From Chiloscyllium plagiosum (Eukaryota), in NCBI RefSeq assembly GCF_004010195.1, contig NC_057723.1, forward strand, positions 31,211,654 through 31,275,653: a stretch of 64,000 nucleotides of DNA, read 5' to 3'. The translations under genes were made by a program, and so were the position numbers. Positions within the stretch are counted from its first letter, which is position 1; every line of letters starts with the position of its first letter. Under the pieces are notes generated by a model. The model did no database searches and was not told the origin of the DNA. It saw only the letters and a program-made list of their open reading frames with translations. Shown piece after piece: positions 39,746 to 53,449 of this stretch.

Positions 39746-39965
39746 ACAAAAAACTGCAGGTGCTGGAAATCTGTAAAAACAGGAGTTGCTGGAGAAATTC
39801 TGCGGGTCTGGTAGCATCTGTGGAAGGAAAGCAATGTTACCCTTGTCCAGAACCAGAACCAGAACTGAAAACATGTTACTAGACCTGAAACATTAACTCT
39901 GCTTTCTCTCCACTGATGCTGCCAGGCCTGCTGCGTTTCTCCAACTATTTCTGTTTTTGTTTGAG
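39745..39965. mobile_element. PLE family C inverted-repeat element, decayed
   Basis: Arms TGCTGGAGAAATTC..GCATCTGTGG / CCACTGATGCTGCC..TTTCTCCAAC; GACCTGAAACATTAAC. Confidence 0.7.
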
Positions 39966-40106
39966 CCTTAGTTTTGTTGTTTTGTTATTTTTTAAATTTC
40001 TATTTTTACCTGTTGATTTAAATTTAGATGTAGATTCTTCTTGTCATGTTCTACTTATTATTTCCCACAATAATAATTTTCTGTCTCGACTCTTTTATTT
40101 ACCATA

Positions 40107-40330
40107 TAGAGTCATAGAGTCATAGAGATATACAGCATGGAAACAGACCCTTTGGTCCAACCCGTCCATGCCGTCCAGATATCCCAACCCAATCTAGTCC
40201 CACCTGCCAGCACCCGGCCCATATCCCTTCAAACCCTTCCTATTCATATTTCCATCCAAATGCCTCTTAAATGTTGCAATTGTACCAGCCTCCACCACTT
40301 CCTCTGGCAGCTCATTCCGTACACGCACCT
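40107..40330 (-). mobile_element. CR1 3' end
   Basis: AGAGTCATAGAGTCATAGAG tail; same UTR as 26450-26600. Confidence 0.9.
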
Positions 40331-40974
40331 CTTCCCAGAAATGATCCCTTATCCCATTGTTTACTTTAAAATCCTCCCTACTTTCCTGGTTATGATGTTC
40401 ACTAGAAAACTGGCACCTGGATGCTCCAGGTACAGACTAGCCCAACAGTAGATACTCACTTTCCTCAGTGTTGTTGCCAAAGCCCCATGAACTGGAACCA
40501 AAATCCACTGACTAGCCTTGGTGCTCAAAATTATGTAAAACGTTGTAAAGCGTTTAGATAACACAACTTGGGGAAACAGTATGTATGTTTGCATCAGTCA
40601 GTAGATCAGTACTTAAACTGCAGAAATTTCAAATCAGCGCCAAATAAATGCAAAAGTTTAAAGAATTTGTTTTTGAGAAGGTGATTATAACCTTGCCTGC
40701 CCATTTGAAAATAGATTAAGTAGCAGCTGCAATTTTAATGCTTTCCTATTCCCTGGAAATTCATCCTTGTTATCCTGACACTATTTTTTTACTCAGGCTG
40801 TCTTTCCTACCTACAGCAGGTGGGGCCTTTTCACATATAGACTGGGAGGTCCAAGGATATCATTATTCCTTCTTTAAAATTTCAATTCTGGGTCCGAATA
40901 TATGTGTAATTTTCCCAGCAGAATGAAGAGAATTAAAATATGCTACAAACATAAAGAGACACAAACAGCTGAGT

Positions 40975-41270
40975 TATCCTCACAGCGTCAGGGACCTGGG
41001 TTCAATTCTATCCTCAGGTGACTGTCTGTGTGGAGTTGTACATTCTCCCTATGTCTGTGTGGGTTTCCACTGGGTTCTCCAAAGGTTAGGTGGATCAGCC
41101 GTGCTAAATTGCCCATACTCTCCAGGGATGTGCAGGTTAGTGGATTAGCCATAGGAAATGCAGGGTTACAGGGATTGGGAGGGGGGTAAGTCTGGGTGGG
41201 ATGCTCTTTGATGGGTCAGTTTGCTCTCGCTGGGCCAAATGGCCTGCATCCACACTGTAGGGATTCTAGG
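40975..41270 (+). mobile_element. HE1-type SINE
   Basis: CCTCACAGCGTCAGGGACCTGGGTTCAATTC...CACACTGTAGGGATTCTA. Confidence 0.82.
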
Positions 41271-44200
41271 ATTTGCTTTTCTTTGTGGGGTCATGAGATG
41301 CAGGAGTTCTCCAAGTTACACATGAAACATTGTAGCCTCAACTGCTGTTGGTTTTCCTAATGCCCCTTGTGAGATTCTCTGGAAGCCCATTGTCTCAACC
41401 TACCAACATGCCAACATGCATTAACTGCAATCCAGTTTTCCAAACTGGTATCTTCTATGCAACAACATAAAGGTTTGCAGGGTGCTAGTAATGTCTGGGA
41501 GTTAAAATACCCCAGACTGTTTTATGATGGACTGAGTAATTTCCAATTTGTTTTGTCACCAATTTAAAACCCATGCACAGTTAAAATCAGGGCCAATTTT
41601 AGCTTGCTATGAAAATTACATGTGTGCTTATTGTGTTGTAATATATATTTTTCAGCCATATAAATAAATAGACATGGGCGATTTAAATATTAGAAGATCC
41701 TTAGAAAATGTTATACCTGGGAGTACTTGGTCGGAATTGTAGACATTTTTTAACATGTAAGTAATTCATATTATTTCTAACCTGGGTCCACTTAGCACTG
41801 ACTAAGAGAAGTAGAAAAATACAGCACGTTCAGCAATTATACAACTTAATAAACTCTAAAATAAAAGGTACTGTTGACTGATTTGAACAATTTGAACAGA
41901 AATGCACAAGAGTCTGCTAATCAGATTCTGTGGTTTTCCTTTGAAGCTAACTGGCAGAGATTTAAATTCTCTTTTTCTGTGTTCAAATATCATAATTAGA
42001 AAATACTGCATTATTCTTTATTCACTACTGCCCTTTCCAAGTCTTTCTGTTTTCAATGTGGTGGCTAATATCCCAGTCTTTTTAAACCAATTTGAGTGAT
42101 TCTTACATTCAAGGATTAAGAGACAGATGGTAAGAATGTGAATGGACACTTTCAGACTCGACTTCCTTGATGAAGTGCAAAGGAAAGCACTCAATTAAAT
42201 ATTTTCTTATGAACAGTAACCAATAACACCACCTCTTTCATTTTGGCATTTTAAAAAATCTTCCAGATCCTGCTAAGATTTCTCCTGGCAGCAAATGTCT
42301 TTTAGGATTTCCCATTAATTTCTTTGGTGTTTCTCCATGTCCTTTTTATTTGCATTCACTGGAGTGAAAACACACCACGAGGAGTGAAATTAAGAAGTAG
42401 TTTAAGGAGCACAAATTCTCCCAAAATAATTGAAGTTGCTGGTTCTCATTTATCCATTCATGCCACTTCAAAAGTTGCAATTCATGACAGTTTTGATCAA
42501 AGTCTAGGTAACACATAAAACGTATATGGCTTGCCTGTAATGAGAAGAAAAAACAAAAATGGGAAAACACAGCAAGCAGGCAGTATCTGTGGAGAGAAGA
42601 AGGGTGTGGTGGCATGAGTCTCACTTGTTGGCTGGATAGCCAGTGACAGTCCCACTTTGAAAGAAGGCCCACTGTGAGGATGATGTCAGTTTACCTCTGG
42701 AATTGAGGCACCAAGGGCTGAAGTCCCATTCATTTAAATGTTTTAGCTCAACGATTTTTGATCAGAACATCAGATCATGTCCAGTCTATTTGCTTTTAAA
42801 ATTGCTACAGCTGATCAATGGGACCCCAGAGAAGACTTCTACTCAATTACCCATCCACTTTTTCTCCTAAATGGACTTACTGCCTAACAATAGTTAGGCA
42901 ATATTAGTGAAAGGAATATATTCGAACAAGATATCCGGGAATTTTCTCTAATGGCAAATCCAAATTGTAGTAGTATGTTTTTAATACACATGCTGACCAT
43001 TCTGTGACTTTCTTTGAATTTTAGGAAAGCCTAATATTGAAATTTATTTCCTTGAATCATTTATTCTTTGAAACCATGAACTTCCTCCTAAACTGAAATA
43101 CTATTTAGCATTTGGCACAAATCTTAATTAATATAACAAAAGGGTTTGTAAGAGCTTATTTCTTAGAAAGCCAAGTGAATATTATGTTATCTCACCAAAT
43201 AATAAATTAATAAGAAGCAATAAAACCGTCTTTTTATTTAATTGGCAGGTCTTACCAGTAGTGTTCATTTTAATTCACTAACTTATATTCAAAAACGTAT
43301 AAGAATTTATGGAACTGGTCTTGTTACAAGCATTCATGCCATGTTCATATAGAATCATTAAATAGTAGGGTACGAAAGCAGGCAGTTCAACCCATCATAG
43401 CTTTGGGTTTTTCAAACAGAAATCCTTTTATCCCATCCTGCCTCTCATTTCCCATAAATATGTAATTCCCTTTCCTTCAGTTATTTATTTAATTCTATTT
43501 TTAAAGTTTCTAATCAATGTACTTCAGCACCCTGTTAGGCAGTCTAATCCATATCATAAAAATGCACTTTACTCATGTTGAATTATTTTACCTTAAATCT
43601 CTGCCTCTAGTTAGGGAACCTTCAGACTGTGAAAAAGTCATTTAGAACAATGATCTGGATACACTGGTTTCCAAGGAGGCTTGTGACTTCAGTTAAGTTC
43701 CTGGCAGAACTCTATTGTGTTGATAGATGGGATGTTTATACTGCTGAATTTGAAGCAGAAAGCTATTAGTTTAGCTGTTGAATTTAGTTTGAAAGAATCA
43801 GGATTTCAATTCAGAAATTCGGAAAGCATTTTTTTCCAGCAGGTGAATCAAGCTTTGAGCAACTCGTCACCCCATATGATGTGTTTTATTTTGTAGACTG
43901 TCCAAGCCAAAAGAGTTTTAATAGAAATTTTCAATTATTAAAACTGAAGAATGTTTATGTCATTAGGAAAATGTATCCGAGTAGACCAGAAAAAGAATCA
44001 AAAAGCTGCCTCCTGCATTTCAAGTAAAATAAATTGAGAGGAATCAATTAAATTAAAACTTCAGGAGTTGAGTGTCAGTAAAATATCTCTGCAATTGAGT
44101 ATCTGTAAAAAGATAATTTTAGGAAATAGGTTAAAAGTTTGTTTTATTGTTCATGTTATAAGATTTTTCTAACTGCAGTATATAACTTTGAATTTCACGG

Positions 44201-44307
44201 AAAACTAGCTATATCAGTTTTGGGGAGATTCATGGAGGATTTCTCTTCATTAGCTCTAATGAGTTTTTGCATGCAGTTTTATGGTGGTCACCTCATTACA
44301 CAGTATG

Positions 44308-44410
44308 GAGAAAGTGAGGAATGAAGAAGGGCTTATGCCCGAAACGTCAATTCTCCTGCTCCTTAGATGCTGCCTGACCTGCTGCGCTTTTCCAGCAACA
44401 CATTTTTCAG
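44308..44410. mobile_element. PLE family A deletion derivative
   Basis: 16-bp TSD CTCATTACACAGTATG (44292-44307, 44411-44426). Confidence 0.85.
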
Positions 44411-44599
44411 CTCATTACACAGTATGCACTGTGACTGTCTGGTGGCCCATTGACACTGTCATGTTCTCACCAATGGTACAAGTACTCGACACTACCAGGA
44501 CATTCCAGATTCCCTTTTCCAGTGCTGTGTTTAAATCCAAGCTATCATCAACTCAAGTACTGTCAGTTAGGAAATGTCCTTCACAATTTCAGTGTTTAG

Positions 44600-45470
44600 A
44601 AGTCTTTTCCCAGAAATGGCAAATAAAGGCAGGTTAATACCACCGTATGCTGACAGAGACCTGGAGATCCTGATGGATGGTGTGATGAAGAAGAAGGACA
44701 TGCTCTTTTTGCTGCAGACAGCTAGAGGATACCATAGCACCAGACCCCACCAGCCTGGACCCAAGTGTTCACCCAGGTCAATGAAGTATCTACAGCCTGG
44801 AGTTTAAGATGTTCTACCTTGTGGAGTATAAGCGCCACCATCTCCTCTCTGCAACCACACATTCCCTCCAACTCTGCAACTGCACCCATCTCTCACCAAG
44901 GTTCATGGGCCACCACTCTCTTTATTGCCTCCAGCATCTTCCCTCTCTCAATCATACTCATCCCAGACCCTCCATACCAGTAACCCTGCATGCCCACTGC
45001 ATTGCCCATTTAATCACCCAGGTCACCTCACCATCTGTCCTCCACCTGCATGTGCACTAACAACTGTACCAGCTGTTTGCATTTCATATAATCTCTCCTT
45101 TTCTATCATTCCTAGGATAAACATCCTGCAATTCAGACTGCGAGAGCCACGAGAGATGGTGAAGCGTGTATGTCCTATGAAGAGATAACACTTGCCCTAG
45201 CAGAAGAGTAACATGTTTGCTCACGAGGGGATGCCAAGACCTTCAATTAAGACTCATTGTGAAGTGTTACGGTACTCTCCCATTGGTAGCACTTAACATG
45301 TCCAAAAATCCAACCATATTTCACAACGCATCCACTGTCTTGTGTCCTGTAAGCAAAACAGCTCAATGAAGAGAGAAGTCCTTCCAAACCTCATCTCCTT
45401 CTCCACCTCTGAGGAAAATACCACAGATCCTTCCGAGGATGCACTGGCCAGGCTGTGTCCTATACCTGGA
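44600..45470 (+). mobile_element. Harbinger Myb/SANT-like ORF relic
   Basis: MANKGRLIPPYADRDLEILMDGVMKKKDMLF resembles the N-terminus of Harbinger Myb-like proteins. Confidence 0.6.
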
Positions 45471-45479
45471 GCAGCCTTC

Positions 45480-46200
45480 TGTCAGCTAAAACACAGACAG
45501 ACTGCTAACTTGGCCAAACAACAAGCGATGCTGGTTACATTAGCCGAGTAAAACTTGGAAATCACAAAACCTACGCACCAGATACAATGCAAGCATGGTA
45601 GCCAGGTGCTAATGACATTAGCATAATATAAAAAGCACAATTATCTTGGTCACACATGCCCCAACAACTTATCTATGAAACAAAGGACAGCCCAGACACA
45701 AAGGCACTGAGTCCTATTGCACAGAGGAACTAACAGTAGATGGCATCTAAATGTTTGGCTCTTGTTTCAAACTGTTACGTATATTTCCCTGACTGCCCAT
45801 AACTATAGAATGTTCCAAAAGGCCATCCGAAAATAGCATGGCAAGAGGGAGACCAGTTGACCATCCAGAGGGACAAGAAGAAAGCAGCTTTGTAGAGCCA
45901 GAGACAGAGCCACAGAGAGCATGCAACTGTAAATCTACAAGAGAGTTGGGAACTATTGCAACCTTAAGCAACCAAATAAGATTAGGGACAGTATGTTTAG
46001 TATTAACATTTATTGTAATTTTGTTCCTAATAAAGTGGGACTGTTTTGATTTGGTACTAGCTTGTGTTCTTCTTGATTTGACTGCTTTGGTATTGTGGGA
46101 CACGTGGGAAAATTCATTTATAACATTCTGGTCAGAGTTGTCTGACCTGTTTAAGAAGGAACCAATGACAACGTATCCTCCCCCAGCTCAGATGGTGACA
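45480..46200 (+). mobile_element. Solo LTR, 721 bp
   Basis: TGTCA...TGACA termini; 4-bp TSD CTTC (45476-45479, 46201-46204); AATAAA at ~46029. Confidence 0.75.
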
Positions 46201-46849
46201 CTTCGGTAGGTACATTCTTTCAGCATTTCACTGCCATGTCTTTGCAGCTTGTCAAGGAAGAAATGCCCAGGTCATTGACACTCAGATGATTGCTAGAGTC
46301 CAGGCATCTGCTCAACTCCAGAGCAGGAGAGGTCCCCATTGTGTCAGCCATTAATAGCTTCATTTAAAACCACGAGCAGACAAAGGAGAAGCAGGCAAGT
46401 TTTTTGGAGGCAATGAGCAAACTGACTTGAAGTTTGGAGGACTGCAACCAATACTATCTGTACCTTGTGCCTCTGGTATGCAAGTGTATGGTTGTCTCTG
46501 TGGACAGGTAGACAGCTGCCATGGACATAAAGGTTCAGCATACCCAGTATCTGCCTGCTATATGCACAGCCCTGCACACTAATTATCTAATCACTTGTGT
46601 TCAGCAATGGCACTGACAGGAGGATGAGGGACACTGACATTATTCCAGATGCCCCTTGCTTATAAGGAGATGAGATGGTATCAGTAAGCACCACCACATG
46701 CAGGCCAGCAGAAGCTGCACAGCCACTGGAGGTTGATGCTGGTCTTGGGCTTCCAGACCATCCGTTCATGTCACACCTTCGGTGCAGTAGCCACAGAGAT
46801 GATCATAGCTTCTGTGCCTGAATCCACAAGGGACTGTGCCAATGAGTCT

Positions 46850-47600
46850 ATGTTGGCAATATCAGAAACAAAGCAGCTCCTCAGTCATGTGATCATTCAG
46901 CAGTCATAGCAAACACAAATAACATTTGAACATGATCACTCAAACACCCCAATTAGGAGATCAGTGGTATGCCTCTACACAAACATTGTACTTTGTTGTC
47001 CTGAATGAGGCATTTTTTTCTGCAAACCCTTTTATACATATGCAGTGGGAGATTCTATGTGTGACAACAATAATGAGAACCCCTCTCCTGATCCCCAACA
47101 CACACAGTACTCAAGAAAGTCATTATTGCATATGGCGTGATCATTTTACAGTCCAAGGTATGAAGTGAGCCACTCTTGCACCTTATCTTGGTTATGGAAC
47201 ATGGAAGATGATTACAAATTTGGCAATGGGAGTGAATCTTTCCAGTCCACATCCCATTAATAGGATTGATTTGTAACATTGTAATAAGATTGCTTGTGAC
47301 CAGGATTTTTAGACAAAAGAGTAGGTCAGTGTTCAAGGTTCACAAACAGTATTTTATGCTAACAGATGTCTTCTACTTGTACTGTCTGGGTGTCTGTTTG
47401 ATGCTATTGCCCTTTGAAGAGCATCACAGAAAGGTGGATCCTCCTTCCTCAGAGAAAATACAACAACACCAATTCTGGGTGTGATGGTGGTCATTTGCAA
47501 TCTCATTGCATATTTGTGATTTGGACAAGGACATCGATAGTGCTTTGAGAAGTGAGGTACAGATTCAGCCTTGCAATCCACGTAACCCCACAAATCTTCA
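46850..47600 (-). mobile_element. Harbinger DDE transposase relic, convergent with the Myb-like ORF
   Basis: In order: STID (cf. AIDG), TGKIHSHCQICNH..SGSLH (cf. RKGFHSINVQxVCD..PGSxHD), VGDQ (cf. LGDxGY). Confidence 0.6.
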
Positions 47601-47689
47601 TGTCCTTTCTTTCTTATCCTCTCGTTGTCTTTGAACTTCCATACTTTCCCAACTATACTGTTTGTTTAACGGAAATAAATTTAAATGAA

Positions 47690-50300
47690 ATAACTGAAGA
47701 ATCATCCAGTGAAGCTTTGTGGGTGGAGCTAAGAAATAAGAAGGGGATGGTGATGTTACTGGGGTTGTACTTATAGGCTCCCAAATTGTCAACGGAAATT
47801 AGAGGAACAAATATGCAGGGAGTTTGGGGAGACTCTCAGGAGCAATTGGATTGTCATAGTTGGGGATTTTAATTTTCCTAACATAGACTGGGACTGCCAA
47901 TTTGTGAAGGGCTTTGGTGGGGTAGAATTTGTTAAGAACGTTCAGGAAAGTTACCTCAAGCAATAGATAGAGGGAAGGGGAAAAACTCGACCTACTCTTG
48001 GGAAACAAGGTAGGACAGTTGACGGAGGTGACACTGAGGGTGCACTTTAGGACCAGTGACCATAGTTCTAGACATTTTTAAATAGTTGTGGAGAGGGACA
48101 AACCTGGTCCACACCTTCAAGTTCTAAATTGGGGCAACATAAATTTTGATAGAATTAGACAGGAGCTTGCAGGGTTTCATTGGAGTGGTTTGTTTGCAGG
48201 CAAAGGGACCTCTGGCAAGTGGGTGGCTTTTAAAAGTGAGATAGCTGGAGTTCAAGGTCCATGTGTTCCTGCGAGGGTGAAAGGCAAGGTTTACAGGAAT
48301 AGAGAACCCTGGATGACAAGATATTGAGGCTTTGATCAGCAAAAATAAAGGAGTCTTAGCTCAGGTATAAGCAGCTGGGATCAAGGGAATCCCTGGAGGT
48401 ATACAAGCAATACAGGAGTTTACTGAAGAAGAAAATCAGCAGGGCAAAAAGGGAGCATGAGATAGCCATGGCTGAGAAGATTAGGATGAATCCAAAGAGG
48501 TTCTTTAAGTATATTAAAGGAAAAAGAATAACTAGAGAGAGAATAGGCCCCTCGAGGACCAAAGAGGACATGTGTTTGTAGAACTGTAAGGAGATGGCTG
48601 AGGTCCTCAATGAATATTTCTCCTTGATGTTTATCATGGAAAAAAAACTTGAAGACTTGGGAACTTAGGGAAGTTAGTGGTGATATCTTGGGGACAGTCC
48701 ATATCACAGTAGAGGAGGTGTTGGATATACTAGAATGTATGAAGATGGACAAATCTTCTCAACCTGAACAAATATATCCAAGAACGCCGCAAGTGGTTAG
48801 AGAAAATATTGCAGGGGTCCTGACTGATATTTTTGCATCATCCTTAGCCACAGATGAGGCCCCAGAAGTCTGGAGGGTAGAGAATGTTGTGCCCTTATTC
48901 AAGAAGGGCTGCAAAGAAAAACTTGGGAAATATAGACCAGTCAGCCTAACATCTGTGGTGGGTAAGTTACTTGAGATGATTCTGTGGGATAAGATATGCA
49001 TGCATTTGGAAAGACAGGGGTTTATTAGGAATAATCAGCATGGCTTTGTGTGTGGAAGATCATACCTCACTAATTGGTTAAAGTTCTTTGATTAAGTCAT
49101 CAAGAAGCTTGACGATGGCAGGCCGGTAGACGTAGTCTATATGGATTTCAGTAAGGCCTTTGATAAGGTTCTACATGGTAGGATACTTTGGCAAGTTAGA
49201 TCACATGGAATCCAAGGGGACTGGCAAATTCGATATACAATTGACTTGATGGTAGGAAGCAGAGGGTAATAGTGAAGGATGTTTGTTGGACTGGAGGCCT
49301 CTGACTAGTGGAGTGCCTCAGGGGTCAGTGCTGGGTCCACTGCTATTTGTCATCTATATCAATGATTTGGATGAGGATGCACAAGGCATGATTAGTAGGT
49401 TTGCAGATGACACTAAAATAGACGGTATCGTGGACAGAGAGGAAGGTTATCAGAAATTGCAGTAGGACATTGATCAGCTGGGGTAGAGGGCTGAGAAATG
49501 ATAAATGGAATTTAATATAGATAAATTTGAGGTCTTGCACTTTGGAAAGTCAAATCAAGGTAGGAGTTTCACTGTGAATAGTACAGCCTTAAGAAAGGTA
49601 GGGGAACAGATGGACCTTGGAGTTGAGGTTCTCTGAAAGTGGGCTCACAAGTAAACAGGGCAGTCAAGAAGGCTTTTGGCACACAGGCCTTCATCAGTCA
49701 AGGCATTGAGTATAGAAGCTGGGAAGTTATGTTGCAGTTGTACAGGACATTGGTGAGGCTGCACTTGAAGTATTGTATTCAGTTTTGGTCACCTTGCTGT
49801 AGGAAGGAGCTTATTGAACTGGAAAGAGTGCAGAATAAATTTATAAGGATGTTGTCAGGATTCAATTGTCTGAGTTACAGGGAAAGGTTGGACAAGCTTT
49901 AGAGTTTACGAGATTGAAGGCGGATCTTATACAAATGTATGAGATCATGAGAGGCATGGATATGGTGAATGCATTCAGTCTTTTTCCTAAGATTTGAGGA
50001 ATCAAAGACTAGAGGGCATCAGTTCAAGACTGGAGGAGAAAGAATAAAAGGGAACCTGAGGGGCAACTGTTTTACAAAGAGTGTTGTATACATGTGGAAT
50101 GATCTGCCAGCAGAAGTGGTGAGGCAGGTGTATTAGCATCATTTAAGAGGCATTTGGACAAATATATGGGTAGGAAGGCTTTAGAAGGATGTAGGCCAAG
50201 TGCAGGGAAATGGGGTTCATGTTTCTGGACATTTTGGTCGGCATGGACCAGTTTGGACTGAAGGGCCTGTCTCCATGCTGTAGGACTCCATGACTCTATG
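47690..50300 (+). mobile_element. CR1 LINE, 2.6 kb (endonuclease C-terminal half, RT, 3' end), decayed
   Basis: WVELRNKKG; VGDFNFPNIDW; YRPVSLTSVVGKLLE; [14 protein letters not shown]; FADDTK; GACTCCATGACTCTAT tail. Confidence 0.95.
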
Positions 50301-53300
50301 TCTTTATGTCTGTAACTGCTAATTTCCTCATTTTATTCCCTAAATCCCAAGCAGACAGCTTTGTCACGCTAACATAGTAATGCAGTGTTGCTTCACCAAA
50401 ACCAGGATCCTGGTGACCCCTTAACTTTTGGTGAACAGAACCCTTGGAATGACCATGGCTCGGAGTCCTGACTGATATGTTACGACTGATCAGTGACCAA
50501 ACCATCTGACTGATCTCCATGAATCTCTCCAACTGACTTACCCCTAATCCCTGGATTTATTCAACTGAACCTGCAGGACTGACCCTGATCCCACTGCCTG
50601 GACTGTAGAGAGACCCTGACCCTGGTAGTCACAAGAAATTGATTGTGTCCAAGGTCCCTGGTCTGATCGAATGATGGTCTGGACATCGAATGATGTCTTT
50701 TATGAACTCTGCCTGTACCCACTGATGGAACTACTGGAGCACTGTATTCTAAGTGGGGGTCAGAGATGTGACTTGATAATGTGGAGAGGCTGGGTTGTGA
50801 ATATCCTGCTTGGGAGTGTTGCTCATGGAACGTAACCTGAGATATTGCGGACTGCTGTTGAAGATGGAAGACCGAAGAAGCAAGTGGTGAGCTGGAGCTG
50901 TCAGGAACCCACTCTGACTGGTAGGTGGGGAATTGTTGCTGTTTAATATCTCTCTGCCATGTGGGAGAACAGGAAGCTGCTTATAAATTAGGCAAGGTGT
51001 GGTACTAATGATTGTTAATGCATGAAAATAGATCTCTCGCTATTCTCATCTCGTCTTTTATACTTTGGTTGGAAGATCAGACCATTTTTATTTGGCATTG
51101 AGAATCTCATTTTCCAATATCACTATATTTTCCAAACCAACTTTCCACTTCCCAAGTCCTTCAGGAGCCTGGAAAATTCAGCCCTTTAGTTTTCCTTTGT
51201 GTAATATTTCTGTGTTTTGTCATTAAAGAACATCTGCAGTCTTGAGCAGATATAGTCCGGTGACCCACCACTGCAGTAGCCAACTGCAAAGATTATATCA
51301 AATTTCTGTCAATCCAGGTTTTATTCTAGAATCTAAGTTGTCCAGTATTAACATGGAATTGTAACAGTACTGTATGTTAAACCTTTGTGATTTATCTGCA
51401 TTAAATTCCTCTTAATCTTCTGTGGTCAAAGGAAAGATGTTCTATGAAACATAATAATTCATACCTTATTGAAAAACAATTCATGGACAGTATAGTTAGT
51501 AGAATTCTTTGGTAGTCACACACATTTAATTTTAACTTCTAGTGTGTTTGCAGTGACAAGCCAGTCTTGCAATGAAATTTATTGCCCACTTGTGAAAGAA
51601 TAAAATTTGGATGCTTTTTTTTTGTGGCCAGGAATCAGTTAGTTCCTACTGCTTAATTTTCCCTCATTCTTCACAGGATATCAATGGGAAGCATGGTCAT
51701 AATCCATGACCAAAACCTGTTCACCGGTGCAGATTCGAAGGTGGGCAGTTTTGCAGGGATCCTTACTATGAGGAAAGGAATGAGTTGAGGGCAAGAAATC
51801 ATGAACTTTATTTGTAGATCTGGGAAGAATAAATATTAAAACTTGCCTTATTGAGCCTCATGTGGCCTAAATTCATTTCATTCCAGGGTTGGTATGGCAG
51901 CAAACCCTGCTGACATTCTCTCAATCCATCTAGTAAATATTTCAGTCAGGTCTGAATTACATTAAAAGAAACAGACCAGGTAATAATAGCTATTCCCTGG
52001 TCCTGTTTCTACCAGTATGGTTATGTTAAAATTGGTGCCACTTTATCAGTGGCTGGTGATTATTTTGATCTCTGTATGGCAAGTTCTTGATCACATCTGT
52101 GCTGCTTTAGTGTGGAGTTAACCAGACTCAAAGTTTAGCCATAGAAAAAGGGAAAACCATAATCGTTCACAACATGAAGAGACTTAAGAAAAGAAAGTAA
52201 AAATATCTTGAAGCTGGAATTGCAACAAAAAGGTAAATGCAATTATGAGAAACATTTTCCAAAGTACAATACATTTCACATTTTAAAAACAATTCTACAC
52301 ATATTGGTCACAAAATTGTTGACTATTTTGGTTTCGTCTCAATTGTGTGATAACGAACATGCCCATCTTCTGCTTTTTTACTGTTTCCATTATACCTGAA
52401 GTTTTTTTCTGGAAATCAAAGGGTTTAGATAAAAGCTCAACCTGTGAAAGGGAAACCTTTTTGTATAAGTTATAGATTGAGTTAAATAAAAGATTTTAAA
52501 ATACTTTACAGCTTTGTTTTCTGAAGTATTATCTATGCAGGGAAATGTTTCTAATTGTAAACTTCTCTATTGGATAAATATGCAAGCATCTTGTGGTTGG
52601 CATACTATATTTACAGGGCTATGGGAAAGAACAAAGAATTGGATCTCTCGAAAAACTGGTACAGACACAATGAGGTGAATCTTACAATTTTTGGGTAAAC
52701 AGCATTTCACTGAGTTTAACAAAGATTATCTCTCCACTACGATATCTCACCATATCTTACCAAACACACTTCCTCAACTACCTATTCGCCCAACTGTGCC
52801 CCTAATACCCAATTCTACTCCCAATCTGCCATCCACCAGTTCCCAGAACAGTTCACAACATAACAACTCACTGATATTCCTCTCATGCTATCTTTAAAAG
52901 GCTACTGAAACCCTGGACAAGTGTTGGCAATTTGCTGTTGCCCCTTTGCAACTCAGAAGTAAGACACAGTCACCACAAACCATGCTGCTCACAGTATATA
53001 GCAGGCATGGCTGACATTCCCTTGCACATAGAACACCATCCTCTCACGATAGTGTCACTGTTTAGCCATCAGGTCACACAGTTTACCTCAGACACATCCT
53101 GTCTAACCTCTCTAAATCATCACTACTCTCTTCCCAGTGTTCAATGTAGACTCACAGCCTGTACTTGTCCACTCGGAAAACAGGCAATCAGTCAGAGAAT
53201 TCCAAAGGTGAGCTTTTGTTTACTGACAGAAAATAAAATTGTCAACAAAACAAGTAAAGGCTGCAGGTCGCTCCGACAATGCAAATCAAGGACTGGCATG

Positions 53301-53449
53301 GTAGCCAACAACTATTCTACATTCCATGGTGGTCTCTGTCCTCAGCTCTCATCTACTGGAACCAGATATCAGTCAGGTATATCTGCCTTGTGGTAGTGAC
53401 ATGGCTGAGCTGTGTTACAGAGATTCCTCCTACCACTGTCCTTGTCCTC

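Noticed and set aside
41657-41762. Exon ending at a strong GTAAGT donor
   Set aside because: Stops in all frames from the nearest acceptor; could only be non-coding
43628-44260. Third solo LTR
   Set aside because: LTR-like composition, but no matching end or TSD found
51677-51740. Candidate 64-nt exon (TTCACAG|...AAG|GTGGGC)
   Set aside because: Only phase 2 is open, which is incompatible with the upstream candidates, and the donor is weak
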